Positions 1 to 12,124 of a stretch of DNA of 64,000 bases are shown piece after piece. Position 1 is the first letter of the stretch; every line of letters starts with the position of its first letter. The translations under genes and the position numbers were made by a program. The notes beneath the pieces are model-generated. The model saw nothing but the letters and a program-made list of their open reading frames with translations. It searched no databases and was not told the origin of the DNA. This DNA is from Felis catus (lineage: Eukaryota): NCBI RefSeq assembly GCF_018350175.1, contig NC_058383.1:1922001-1986000 (forward strand). Reading direction: 5' to 3'.

Positions 1-445
1 TGCCCTGGTGGTAAATGATACTGCGGAGTGAGAGAGGCCGGGTGATTCCAACGACAGGACGTCCTGGAAGAGGCGGAGCTGCACAGGCAGAAGACGGGGG
101 CTGCCTGGGCTCAGGGAGGAGGGAGGAGCAGGGGGAGCACAGGGGACTTTTAGGGCGGCGAACAGCGCGAGGGACACGGGACGGTGGACACCTGCCATCC
201 CACGTTCGCCCAAACCCACAGAACGTGCACCCACCCAGAGGGACCCTCCCGTGACCCATGGACTCCGGGTGATAACAGCGTGTCAGTGTGGGGTCACCGG
301 CTGTGAAAAATCCACCATCTGGGGGACACCGATAATGGGGGAGTCGGGGGGGAGCGGGGAATTACGGGAAATCTCTGTCCATTCAGCTCAATGTTGCGGT
401 GAATCTAAAACTACCCCCTAAAAATAAAGTCTACAAAAAAATTAA
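1..445 (+). mobile_element. Old L1M (L1MB/L1MC-like) 3' UTR end
   Basis: catggactccgggtgataacagcgtgtcagtg...gggaaatctctgt...aatctaaaact...aaaataaagtct is a typical ancient L1 3' terminus; GC-shifted. Confidence 0.7.
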
Positions 446-806
446 ACATGCTACATGAAGAAAAACAGTCAGTTGTGCCACGTGCTGGGTACTGCGTGTG
501 TCACGCCCCCTCTGGATCTGCCCCAGCCTCTGGCGAGCGGGATGCAGGACAAAACGCGTGGGCCCTCTGCCTGAACACCTGCAGGCTGATCCCTCCGCCC
601 GGCAGGGCTGCCTCCTTACGAGACGACACACGTGCTTAAGGAATTACGTTACTGAGACGGAAAGGGCCAGAAGCCCAACCTCATGCCCCTCTGATGCGCC
701 GTCACCTGGGGGAATGGCACCCATGGGCATGGGAGAACTAAGTTTACTCACAGGCCTCGGTGACCACAGCTTGGAAACACCATGAAACAAAAACCCTGTG
801 ATTCCT

Positions 807-1200
807 GGGGTGCCCAGGTGGCTCAGTTGGTTCGACTTTGGCTCAGGTCACGATCTCTCAGTTCACGGGATAAAGCCCCACGTTGGGCTCTGTGCTGACA
901 GCACAGAGCCTGGAGCCTGCTTTGGATCCTCTGCCCCCCTCTTGCTCTCTCTCAAAAATAAATGAAAACATTAAAAAAAAAAAAAACAAAAAAATACAGC
1001 GGCACCTGGGTGGCTCAGTCAGTTAAGTGTCCATCCTGATTTCGACTCCGGTTAAGATCTCACATTTCATGAGTTCGAGCACTCTGCACTGACTGCAGAG
1101 CCTCCCTGGGATTCTCTCTCTCTCCTCTCTCTCGGCCCCTCCCCTGCTCACTCCTTCTCTCTCAAAAATAAATAAAAACATTTAAAAAAAAAAAAAGGAA
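807..1200 (+). mobile_element. Two tandem SINEC (CanSINE, felid SINEC_Fc-type) copies, 807-990 and 999-1200
   Basis: tRNA-derived head ggtggctcag(t)..., gttcgag B-box region, (ct)n, aataaa and A tail. Confidence 0.9.
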
Positions 1201-1454
1201 AGAAAGAAACCACCTTGTGATTCTGGATTCCCATGGCACATGCACACGGCCGTTCGGTTCAGAAAACGCACTTCCTCCCTGGATGACGACCGAAGCCTGA
1301 CAGTGGCGGGGCCCCGTCACCAGGGCGGCCCTCTTGCCGGTGGGGCCCTGCTCTACCTGTCCCTGCACATCCCCCCCTGACACAGAGGGGCTGCACAAGA
1401 CCCAGGGATGCTGTCGGCTTGTCAATGACTTACTCCTCAGTTTGTGAAGAATAA

Positions 1455-1572
1455 ATCCCTCCCCCCGCCAATGTTTATCCTAACAGCACTGGGATATAGA
1501 AAGAGAACAGACACACACACCCGCCCCCAGTATTTATTCTAACAGCACCGGGATTTAGAAAGAGGACAGATA
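1455..1572. repeat. Two-copy ~59-bp tandem duplication
   Basis: tttatcctaacagcactgggatatagaaagagaacaga versus tttattctaacagcaccgggatttagaaagaggacaga; aacagcac at 1482 and 1541. Confidence 0.85.
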
Positions 1573-2103
1573 GAGGGACAGGCATATCAGTCCATGCAGA
1601 CTCGCAGTCCTGGTGCCAGACACCTCATGAAGTCCGATATCGGCGGGCAGGATAACAGGGCAGATGGCGTCCTTAGCGGGGATGAGGCGGACACACCAGT
1701 CCTGCCCTCCAAACTGGGTTCGCCGCCGGAAGCCCCCACTCTATCCTCAGGATTTCCCAGTTACTACAAAACCACTCCCAGGCCGGCGTGTGCCCGCACC
1801 TTGTGCTCAGAAGAGGAGTGAGCTCCCACAAAGCAGCATCCCAGACGCAGGGAAGAGGGGAGCGGGCTGGGCTAGGGGTGTGGCTGAGCCAGAACAGGAC
1901 CCAGGGACACACACACGCAGGCTCTGAAGACGTCTGTTGGGCACCCTGGCTCTGAGCGTCGAGTTTTGGGTCTCACCTTTAAGCCCAGCGCAGACTCTCT
2001 GCGGTCCTTCTCCGCCTCATACCCCTGCCCTAACGTGTCCCCGCCCCTCCCCACCTCCTCCCAACAAACACACGCACACGCGCGCGCGCGCTCTGCCCCT
2101 TAC

Positions 2104-2294
2104 CTGGCTGGAAACCTCGTATTCCACATGCTTTAGGAAGAGGCCCTTCTTCTCGGGAATGAGCTCCACCTGCACGGTGTCCCTGGCCAGCAACTCCTGC
2201 AGGGTGTACGAAAGCAGCAGCGGGTTCCCCTGCGGCATCTGCATTCGACTGGGGTGTGGGTCCCTCCGCTCGCTGACCTGGGGCGCTGGCAAGT
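2104..2294 (-). CDS. SNX8: Sorting nexin 8, coding exon 2 (191 bp; N-terminal linker and start of PX domain)
   Basis: Translates to (D)LPAPQVSERRDPHPSRMQMPQGNPLLLSYTLQELLARDTVQVELIPEKKGLFLKHVEYEVSSQ, which matches recalled mammalian SNX8. Acceptor ttgtcccctccag|AC at 2295/2294 and donor CAG|gtaagg at 2104/2103. Phase 1 start fits exon 1 (G+AC = Asp). Confidence 0.97.
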
Positions 2295-2924
2295 CTGGAG
2301 GGGACAAGGCGACCGGCCGATAAAAACGGCTGCTCGGAAGCAGAGGCTGCCACGGCGGGCCTGCCCCCGCCGCGGGCTAGCTTCGCACGTGGACCGTGGC
2401 CACATCACCCCCGTTCATTCAGGCCGCGGAGCTTGTGCCCCGAAAAGTCCCCACGCCATGAGGCGCCCACCCGCTCGTGAATCAGCAGACACACCCCCCT
2501 TTCCAGGACCAGTCAGATCTAGTTTTCAACCTGGGAATAGAAGAAAGTGAACTATTCACAAGTTACGTGCAAAAGAGCCCTCCTTTTCTCTAGAGTCGAA
2601 AAGGAGGTTAAAACTAAGAGCCGTAGAATTTCTCTCTCCCACTGTTTCCACAGTGAACACGCATGACGTCACGTGCCAGAGCAATGATTCCAATTCCACG
2701 TAGGTAAAAACCCACATCTTGCTTAGCGCCACGGTTCCTGATCACACAAGTCAAAGAATTAGGCCCTCAAACCTCAGCGTCCTTACACATCACTCACAAG
2801 GCAGCAAAACACAGGTCCGAGAGATTACAGGCTAAAAAACACGGAAGTCACAGGAAAAAGTCAGTTTGGCTTTTAGTATAGAGTTTGAAAGTAAAAGAGT
2901 TCTTTTCGGTTAAAACCTGTAATA

Positions 2925-3120
2925 GGGGCTCCTGGGAGGCTCAGTTGGTGGACGGTCCGACTCAGTCTCGGCTCAGGTTATGATCCCAGGGTCATGGGAT
3001 CAAGCCCTACGTCGGGCTCTGTGCTGAGTGTGAGTCTGCTTGAGATTCTCTCTCCCTCTCTCTGCCCTCCCCTGCCCAAGCACGCATGCTCTCGTGCTCT
3101 CTCAAGACAAATGTTAAAAT
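2925..3120 (+). mobile_element. SINEC
   Basis: ggggctcctgggaggctcagttggt...gggatcaagccctacgtcgggctct...(ct)n. Confidence 0.88.
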
Positions 3121-3639
3121 ATATGTATACGTACATACGCCACATACATAATAAAGGTGTCCCATAGCGGGAGAGGGGGTCAGAGTCTGATCAACGTTGC
3201 TATTGCTATAAATAACCACAACAAAGTGTACATTTTTTTCTTTTTCAAAATTTTCTACAACGTGGTTATTTCGCTTTTTCATGATTTACTTCTTAAAATA
3301 ACACTTTAAGATTCTGGTTTACATTCTAAACAGAATTAATGGCCAGATTACTTTCATCTCTGAAATTACTCAGCATTTTAGAATTTAAAACGTAGCTGCT
3401 TTTAATTGACCTTAAAGCTTAAGAAAAAAAATAAACTAAGGCCTTAATGCTTACTTGGGAACCCCAAGGGCCTCATAAAAATTCCACACGAAAATTAAAT
3501 ATTATGTGCTCTACAAGCAGTAAGCTCCCAAGTGAGGACACGTATCCTAGGGTCAAAACAATCCACCAGGGCGCAAGAAGAAAATATTAATAATTCTATT
3601 TGCATTTTGTTCCCTTCTTTTCAAACTTATATTCTTGTG

Positions 3640-4352
3640 ATATCATAACACATGTAACATAATATTAGAGTAGTGCGTGCATGTAACTTACTAAAACATG
3701 TGTGTATAGATATGTGTGCATATATTTGCATGCGTATTACATGTGCAAATGTGTATGTGTGTATGCGAGTGGGTGAATATATGTACACGAGTATATGTGT
3801 ATACAAGTGTGTGTACATGTGTATAAATGTGTGTGCAAGTGTGTGTATATACCTGAGTGTGTGCGTGTAAGAGTATATATGTACGTGGGTATGTATGTAT
3901 GTGAACTTGAGTGTGTGAGTTTATGTGTATATGGGGGGGTACGTACATGTGTGTGTACGTGTGTATACACTACTGTGTATGTGTACATGGGTATGTATGT
4001 GTATCAATGCACATGTGCACGAGTGTGTATGTGTAGATGGGGGGATGTACATGTGTTCAAGTGTATGTGCGAGTGTCTGTATATAAGCATGTGTGTGTGT
4101 ACATGGGTGTGTATGTATGTGAACATTAGTGTGTATGAGTATATACGTACATGAGTCTGTATATGTATCAATGCACATGTACATGAGTATGTATGTGTAT
4201 ATACAGGGGTGTACATGTGTACAGGTGTGTATTTGCAAGTGTGTGTATAAAAGTGTGAGTAGTGAGCGCGTGCACGACCATATACGTACATGGTGTGCGT
4301 ATATTGCACGAATGTGTGTACGTGTGTATATATGTGTATGAGGTATGTGTAC
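3640..4352. repeat. Degenerate (TG/TA)n purine-pyrimidine alternating tract, ~700 bp
   Basis: Continuous gtgt/atat/acat/gtac units. It explains the many H/T/Y- and C/V/M-rich ORFs here. Confidence 0.95.
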
Positions 4353-4989
4353 ATCAAGAGTCCCCAATATCTTAATGGCCAAAATGTGGAGACCACAGCT
4401 TCAGACAGTACCTGTTCTCCCATCCTAAAACCCAGCCCCTTTCCATGTGAAACTATTCTGGTGGCCTTAGAACTGCGCTGACCCAGTCTCCAGGGACCAC
4501 ACATACCCTGGGTCAACAAGACAGCACGCGTGTCTCAAGTACTCACTCAAGTGAGTGACGAACAACACAGAGACACGGCTGAGCAGTACCCATTTAGCTC
4601 GTGGCTACCAAGTGTTCCCACTGCCGGGCACAATCTATGAGGATCCAAACTTCAGGGCGAACTGGAATACACCGTGACTTAACTTTAATAACACCCAGGT
4701 AATGAGCCAGGGGGCCCAGACACAGCACCAGGACACGAACTCGGGGGACACAGACGCCCTCAGCTTTGCTCTGGATGCATGCTGGCTGTGGGGGAGCCTG
4801 GCACTTAGAGAAGGGCACTGAAGGAAAGCTGGCTGAATGACTATTTACTGATATTTACTACACTTTCACGAGTGAAAGGTAGCATGTCTGGGGGGAAAGC
4901 AAAGTCTTAGGTAACTAGAGCACAGAATATGTGGAAAAACAGGAAATAATCAAGTTAAAAGGTAATGGAGAAAGAACATTTTTATCAGA

Positions 4990-5930
4990 GAAAAGATGTG
5001 CAAATCATGTATCTGAGAAGGTACTGGTATCTGAAATATACAAAGAACTCTTACAACGCACTAGAAAAAAAAAGAGAGAGACAGAGAAAAAAATAACCCA
5101 ATTTTAAAATGGGCAAAGCATTTGCATACACATCCCTCCAAAGACATACCAGTGGCCAGTAAGCACATAAAAAGATTCTCAACACCATTAACCGGCACGG
5201 AAATGCAAATCACAGCCACAGTGAGATACCACCCACTGTGACGGCTCTAATTGAAGAAAAAAAAAAAAGACCAGTGAGCATTGGCAAGGGTGCAGAAAAG
5301 TCTCGCTCATGCTGGCAGAGGCTTACGCGAGGCAAAAACAGTCGGCCACTTCCTCGGTGTCAGAGGCAGAGCCGCTATATGACCCGGCAGCTCCCCTCCT
5401 GGAAATACACCCAAGCCAGATGAAAACGTGTGCCCACACAGAGACCTGGAGACAAATGCCCACAGCAGCACCAGGTGTGAGAGCCAAGGAGTGGAGAACC
5501 CCAAGCACCCATCAACGGTGAGGGGATAAATAAAAGTGGTTCATCCATACAACAGACTCCTTCCGCCGTGGAAAGGAATGAAGAACAGGTTCACACTACA
5601 AGATGGGTAAACCTTGAAAACCTCAGGGGAAGTCAACTAATCCATGCAGGGGATGAGTCCGTCCACAGGAAATCTCCAGAAGAGGCAAACCTACAGAAAC
5701 AAAGCAAACGGATGCCTGCCTGGAGCTGGGGGCGGGGGGGCAACGCCTGGAGAAATGAGCAGTGACTACTGGAAAATAGGGGGTTTCTCGGGGAGACGAT
5801 AAAATGCTCCACAGGTGATCATGGCGATGGGTGCACGACCCCGTGAACACACCAACGACGCTGTATTGTACACCTTAAATGAGTGAATTGTATGGCAGGT
5901 AATGACAATTCTACATGCCTTAAATATAAA
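4990..5930 (+). mobile_element. L1M ORF2 end / 3' UTR fragment
   Basis: atatacaaagaactcttacaac...aaaatgggcaaag...gaaatgcaaatcacagccacagtgagataccac...ttgtacaccttaaatgagtgaattgtatgg. Confidence 0.8.
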
Positions 5931-6044
5931 AGGCAACATCAGTAAATGGAAGAGTCCTCTCTTCTACAGAAGCAAAAATGGTCAGAACCAGCTCTTTGAG
6001 GACACTGGGAATTGAAGGTCTGTGGCAATCCCGGGCACATTTAT

Positions 6045-6416
6045 TGATGCAATAATTAGCGAAATTGAGGTTATACTGGAGTAGGGAGGCCCTTCCTCCA
6101 GTATGGCTGCAGTTGTCATAAGAAAAGGGAAGACCACACAAAGACCCAGAGGCACCCGACACGCGGGGGTGGGCACATGGCAACGGAGGCAGAGACGGAA
6201 GGGACACGGCCAGAGACCAAGAACACCTTGGCAGCCTCAACCACATGCTGGGAGAGGCAGGAAGGACCCTCCCCTACAGGGTTCAGAGGGAGTGCAGCCC
6301 TGCCCATGCCTGGATCTCAGACGTGGGGCCTCCAGGGCTGGGAGGCAACACGTTCCTGTTGTTTCAAGCCACCCCATGTGTGCTGCTTTGTTAGAGCAGC
6401 CACACACAACTCACAC
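6045..6416 (+). mobile_element. MLT1B/C-like MaLR LTR
   Basis: gaggttatactggagtagggaggccc...ggaggcagaga...gcctccagggctgggagg...tgtttcaagccaccc...tttgttagagcagcc. Confidence 0.75.
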
Positions 6417-6429
6417 GAGAAACTTTACA

Positions 6430-8030
6430 GAATTCGTTCTGAGAGGTCATTAAATAAATCTACAATGGTCGGCAGCAACACCTTGGGGAACGAGGAAAAC
6501 GTGATTTCCCCAGAGCTGTCATGTTATATTATTTAAACTGTCAGGTTCACAACTGAAGTTTACAAGACACGCAAAGAAGTAAGACAGTACAGCCAAACAC
6601 AGGGAAAAACCACCACCAGAAACTGTCCAAGAAAGGCCAGGCATTGAACTCATTCGACAGAACTGAAGGAGGGGCGCCTGGGTGGCTCAGTCGGTTGAGC
6701 GTCCGACTTTAGGAGAGCCTGGATCCTGCTTCAGATTCTATGTCTCTCTCTCTGCCCCTCCCCTGCTCATGCTCTGTCTCTCAAAAATAAATAAAAACAC
6801 TAAAAATAATAATAAAATAAAGAACTAATGCAAAGGAGGAGAGCAGTCCCAGCAACAGAAAATATGGATAAACAGACCAAAGTTGTACAAGAGGAGCGGG
6901 AAAAGATTCTGGAGTCAAGAAGCTCAATAAACAAAATGGAAAATTCACAAGCAAGGTTCAATAGCAGATCTGAGCGGGCAGAGGGAAGAATCAGCAAACC
7001 TGAAGACAGGTCAGCTGAGACTGTCCGGTGTGGAGGACAGAAAGAAAACAGAATGAAGGAGAACGAACAGCCCCTCAGCAACCTGTACCAACATCACCGA
7101 CTGCACCAACAACAAAACCGACTGTACCAACACCACCGGCCGTACCATCATCATCAACATGAGCGGCCCAAGAGAGAGGATCAGGAAGAATAGAATGAAC
7201 TGCCAAATTTTTCCCAAATTTGATTTTCAAAATCCAGGAACCCAAAAAAACCCACCCAAGATAAAGTCAGGGAGATTCACAACTAGACAGGTCACAACTG
7301 CGTGGTTCAAACTGCACCATTCTGTGTCCAGAGACCAAGAGAAACTCTTGAAAGCACCAGGAGATCAGCAACCGGGCAAGACGAACAGCTCACTTCTCAG
7401 AAGCCACGGAGGCCGCAAGGCAGTGCGATGGCACATGCAAAGTGCCAGAAGACAGAACGGTCAACCGAGAATTCTACAACCAGCAAAACTATCCTTGCAA
7501 ACCGAAGGAGAAAATAAGACACCCCAGATGACTAAAAGCAGCCAATTCACTTCTGCACTAGCAGTCGTGTTGTTCCTTCCGAGAGACAAATCCACGTGTG
7601 GAAAGAAAGAATGCCAGTAAAGGTAACTGCACTGGTAAATACGAAAGGCAGCAGAAACTTATCCGTAAGTTTTTCTGGGTGACTTAAAAGACAACGTATG
7701 AGGCAGTCATCATAAATCTGTTTTGAGGAGCGTACAGTTTATATGGAAACAATCTGCACAGCTGATAACAGAATGGGGAGAGGAAGGGAGCTGTAAGGGA
7801 GCAAGATTTCTACACGCCACTGAAATTAAACTTGTACTAATCCAAGCAGGATTGTTACACATTAACATGTTGACGTGTACTCCCAGGGCAATCACTAAGA
7901 AAATAACAGGAATAATATAGTAACCGAAACAAGGGAATTTAAACCGTACACTAGAAAATACCTATTTGATGTAAAACAAGGTAATAACAAAGGAAAGATA
8001 AAAGTAATGAGGGAAAGAAAATGTGGGAAG
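6430..8030 (+). mobile_element. L1M 5' region / ORF1 remnant (with an internally deleted SINEC at ~6671-6820)
   Basis: Frames give ILESRSSINKMENSQARFNSRSERAEGRISKPEDRS (ORF1p coiled coil) and QPRILQPAKLSLQTEGENKT (ORF1p C-terminal domain, cf. QPRILYPAKLSF..EGEIKTF). Confidence 0.8.
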
Positions 8031-8177
8031 CACCAAGCATGTACTGATTTTGTTCTCTTCCTGATGGGTCAAGTAAGCTAATCTAAGACATATTAGCTCA
8101 GTAATGATTACCAAAGGACCACAGGCTGCTGAAGAACCTGAACTCTGACCACAAGAGAATCTACAAGTCAGAACCCA

Positions 8178-8348
8178 GGGGCGCCTGGGGGGCTCAGTCA
8201 GTTGAGCGTCCAACTCTTGATTTCAGCTCGGGTCATGATCCCAGGGTTGTGGGATCAAGCCCTACATCAGGCTCCAAGCTGAATATGGCGCCTGCTTGAC
8301 ATTCTGTCTCTCTTTCTCCCCCACTCACGCTCGCACTCTTTGAAAGAA

Positions 8349-8392
<44 letters not shown>

Positions 8393-8933
8393 TTAAAAGT
8401 CAGAACCCAAAAGGTACATTTTATTGTTACTTTTGTTAACGGGGTCACCATGTTGTCCAAGCTGCTATTTTCCTTTTTTATATATATATATATATTTTAT
8501 TTATTCTGAATGAGAAAGAGTGACCAGAGGAAGGGCAGAGAGAGAGGGAGAGAGGGTGGAGGGGGAGACAGAATCCCAAACAGGCTCCACGCTGTCAGCA
8601 CAGAGCCTGATGGCAGGACTCAAACTCACGAACTGTGAGATCATGACTGGAGCCTAAACCAAGAGCTGGACACCTAACCAACTAAGCCACCCACGTGCCC
8701 CCTCTCGTCGAAATTTCAAAAAAAAAAAAATTTTAATGTTTATTTATTTTTGAGAGAGCGAGCAAGCGCAGCCAGGGGAGGGGCAAAGAGGGAGGGAGAC
8801 ACAGAACCCGAAGCAGGATCCAGGCTCTGAGCTGTCAGCACACAGCACGACGTGGGGCTCGAACCCACGAGCCGTGAGATCAGGACCTGAGCCGAAGTCA
8901 GACGCTTAACTGACCGAGCCACTCAGGTGGCCC
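8178..8933. mobile_element. SINEC cluster: 8178-8400 (+, TSD aagtcagaaccca, (CA)n tail), 8490-8702 (-), 8730-8933 (-)
   Basis: Canonical SINEC heads and tails; TSD visible at ~8165 and ~8397. Confidence 0.9.
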
Positions 8934-11191
8934 TGGAAAAGTTTTAATCTCAAGAAAGCTATGATTCCAAGTATCAGTTTCCTAAACTGGGATATGTCTT
9001 TTGAAATGTTTAAGAAGGAAAACAGATCATTCCAGATCAGCTAACCTGTCATGCAACAGACCACACACTGTGGAAAGGGCAGAAATTCAGGGAGAAAGGG
9101 TCTGGTTTTCTGTGGGAGTAAATGTCAAGTTCACTGACAGGACTTAATACCCTTATCAGATGGAAAAGGAATTGCACACCCACCCACCCCGCCCCAACAG
9201 GTAACAGTTTCTGAGAGAGCCAGCGAGGCCCCATACTGAAAGGCTCCAGACAAAGGATGGGTTTTGACCTCAGACGGGTGTGTGTTGACACCCAGTCTCT
9301 CATTTCCTAGCAGTGTGTGCCCGGCAAGCGACCCCCTCCGAGCTAACCACTTACCACCAGTAAAATGCAGGGGTAAGGCTGCCTGCCCAGGGCCAGGCCC
9401 TCGTCGGCAACAAACCCTCAGAGGCCTCTCTAGCGGTGCTCCCTCTCGGCTCCGACCCTTCTGACACACAACTGCTCAACCACGGGGTTTGGACTCAACC
9501 CAGAACCCAGTTCAAAGCCTTGCCTTGAAATGCCACTCACAGTCCGAGAGAAGCTGGAAGGAAGCGGCTCTCAGACCCGGAGGCTCAGCGCCTCGGGCTG
9601 ATTCCACACTGCCCCAGCGGCCCTTGTGGGAAATGAGACACCAGAGCTCAAAGTAACTACCTGCTAGAAATCAGTGAGTAAGCCCCTGCCTCCCTTCGGG
9701 ATTACCGTGCTCCACTCCGAACCACCTTCGTGCATCTGTGGACTAAAAGGCAGAACCAACTGCCCGTAGCAATAGGTGTTCGGGGCCGTGATCCAGGCTG
9801 GCCCGCGGAGCGAGGCCCCACGGGTGGCAGGGATGAGGCCCAGTCTCCATCCTGGGGGACACCTCGCTACCCGACAGAGATGTGCTGGCTCCAGGTGACT
9901 GTAAGACAGCCTGGCAGGTGTTGAAGGAACAGGCACTGATGGGGAGTGGCGTCACTCCCAAGCCAGCCACCGGCGCGCCACGGGACCCCCGGCGTGGGCC
10001 TCTGCCGCTCTGCAGCGCACACAGGGAAACGGTCAGTGAGCAGCATTCAACGTGTCCGGCTCCGAAATTCTGGGATTCTCCAAGCCAGCTATCCACAAAC
10101 GAAAAGCAATGAAACGTCACACAAAGCCCACTGTCCTTCCCCCCCACCCCCCATATTTCCATCAGAGCCTCTGGGCAGCAGTCCTGCCACGGGCACGCCC
10201 CCGGAGAGGTCCAGCCCCTCTGTGTCCGGACAGCCCCCAGCAGCAGGGGCCCTTCCTCACTCGCCACAGGCCGAAGCTTCGGGAAACCAACAAGAGTTGC
10301 CCAATGAGCATGCGGTCACGCACACCCTCACTTCATGAAAGCAAGCCCCGGCAAATGCTGACCAACGCAGAAGTCACAGACCAGGGGACCCTGCACACAC
10401 ACACGAGGTGGCACCCAGCCCGGCCAGCCGCCCCACCATGGAGGAACAGCACCAAGCACCCGCAGATACCCCAACTATGCCCAAGCTCGGCCCTCCCCGG
10501 GGTCTCACTGCTTGCAGAGAGCCCCGGGGGGGTAAAGGGCTTTCTCGACCATGGCAGGTCACGTGTCCTCCAAAGGTAGCCAGGGAGGAAGCTTCCTGCC
10601 ATCCGAGTTTAGCAGCACGGTGGGCGGGAAGTTGCGTTCTGATGGCCTCCAAGTTCACGGTTCTACCACCACGCGGATCTGTCCCTACTGCCATCCTCGG
10701 CTGCTGGCTCACCAGCACGTGGGACGGGGACCGGCAAGAGACGGCACATGCATCAGGGTCCGCTGCTGGGCTTGACCAGACACTGAGGGGTATGATGGCT
10801 AGTATCCAAAGTCAGGAAGTAAGTGTGGGCAAGGACGCGGAGGGACCGGACGCCCTGGACGCGGAGGCGGAGACGGACAGTGCCCTGCTGAGGCAAAAGG
10901 CGGGGCAGGTCCTCACGAAACAGAATCACACGTGACCAGCGATCCCGCTTCCGGTCTATCCCCAGAAGAACCGGAAGCAGGACCCGAAGAGACACCCGCT
11001 CGCCCACGTTCGCGGCGGCAGGATTCCCGGCGGCCCAGAGGTGGAAGCGACCCACGCGTCCACCGACAGACGACCACAGTGTGGTCCGGCCACACGATGG
11101 ACTATCACTCAGCCTTAACAAGCAAGGAAATCCTGGCACCGGCCGCCACGTGCATGAACGCGGAGGGCGGGAGGCTGAGTGACACAAACCA

Positions 11192-11505
11192 CACACGGAA
11201 GGACGGACACTGTAGGATCCCACTCCCACGAGGCCCCGGGGTCGTCAGACTCGCGGACACGGGAGGACGCGCCCTGGGACCCACTCCCACGAGGCCCCGG
11301 GGTCGTCAGACTCACGGACACGGGAGGACACGCACTGGGACCCGCTCCCACGAGGTCCCGGGGTCGTCAGACTCACGGACACGGGAGGACACGCACTGGG
11401 ACCCGCTCCCACGAGGTCCCGGGGTCGTCAGACTCACGGACACGGGAGGACACGCACTGGGACCCACTCCCACGAGGTCCCAGGGTCGTCAGACTGACGG
11501 GGACA
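11192..11505 (+). repeat. 61-bp minisatellite, ~5 copies
   Basis: Unit GGACCC(A/G)CTCCCACGAGG(C/T)CCCGGGGTCGTCAGACTCACGGACACGGGAGGACACGCACTG. The anchor c(a/g)ctccc recurs at 11221, 11282, 11343, 11404 and 11465. Confidence 0.95.
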
Positions 11506-11631
11506 GAAAGTACCTGATGGTATCAGGAGCTGGGGGAGAGGGAGGGAGGTCAGTACTGAATGGGGTTCAATTTGGGAAGATGAGAAAGTTCTGGAGAGGG
11601 ACAGTGGGGATGGCTGTGCAATAACGTCCAT

Positions 11632-11635
<4 letters not shown>

Positions 11636-11662
<27 letters not shown>

Positions 11663-11847
11663 GGGACAGAGAGAGACAGAGCATGAACGGGGAAGGGGCA
11701 GAGAGAGAGGGAGACACAGAATCGGAAACAGGCTCCAGGCTCTGAGCCATCAGCCCAGAGCCCGACGCGGGGCTCGAACTCACGGACCGCGAGATGGTGA
11801 CCTGGCTGAAGTCGGACGCTTAACCGACTGCGCCACCCAGGCGCCCC
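11636..11847 (-). mobile_element. Young SINEC_Fc-type insertion
   Basis: Pure T tail and perfect 17-bp TSD ataacgtccatgttctt (11621-11637 and 11849-11865). Confidence 0.95.
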
Positions 11848-11941
11848 TATAACGTCCATGTTCTTAATGCCACAGAACTGCACACCTGAAAATGGTTAAC
11901 ATTTTATGCCACGTATGTTGTACAATTAAAGAAACACACTC

Positions 11942-12093
11942 GGGGGTGGCTGGGGGGCTCAGTCAGTTAAGCGTGTGACTTCAGCTCACGGTTCGTGAGC
12001 TCGAGCCCCGCATCAGGTTCTGCACTGACAGCTCGGATCCTGGAGCCTGCTTCCCATTCTGTGTCCCTCTCTCTCTGCCCCTCCCCCACTCAT

Positions 12094-12124
<31 letters not shown>

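Larger units (their letters stand above)
10700..11935 (+). mobile_element. L1MB-like 3' end, GC-shifted, containing a minisatellite and a young SINEC
   Basis: ggtggaagcgacccacgcgtccaccgac...actcagccttaacaagcaaggaaatcctggcac...gggaagatgagaaagttctggag...ttaatgccacagaactgcacacctgaaaatggttaa align with the recalled L1MB 3' UTR. Confidence 0.8.

Noticed and set aside
3627..4519. Stack of His/Thr/Tyr- and Cys/Val-rich ORFs
   Set aside because: Translation artefacts of the (TG/TA)n tract.
6828..7620. 121-aa and 153-aa ORFs with a His/Gln repeat
   Set aside because: Decayed L1 ORF1 with a small internal tandem repeat (~7080-7160); not a host gene.
10932..11624. 230-aa repetitive ORF; the 61-bp array as a CRISPR-like locus
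   Set aside because: Units are head-to-tail with no unique spacers, derive from an L1 3' UTR and lie in a mammalian intron.
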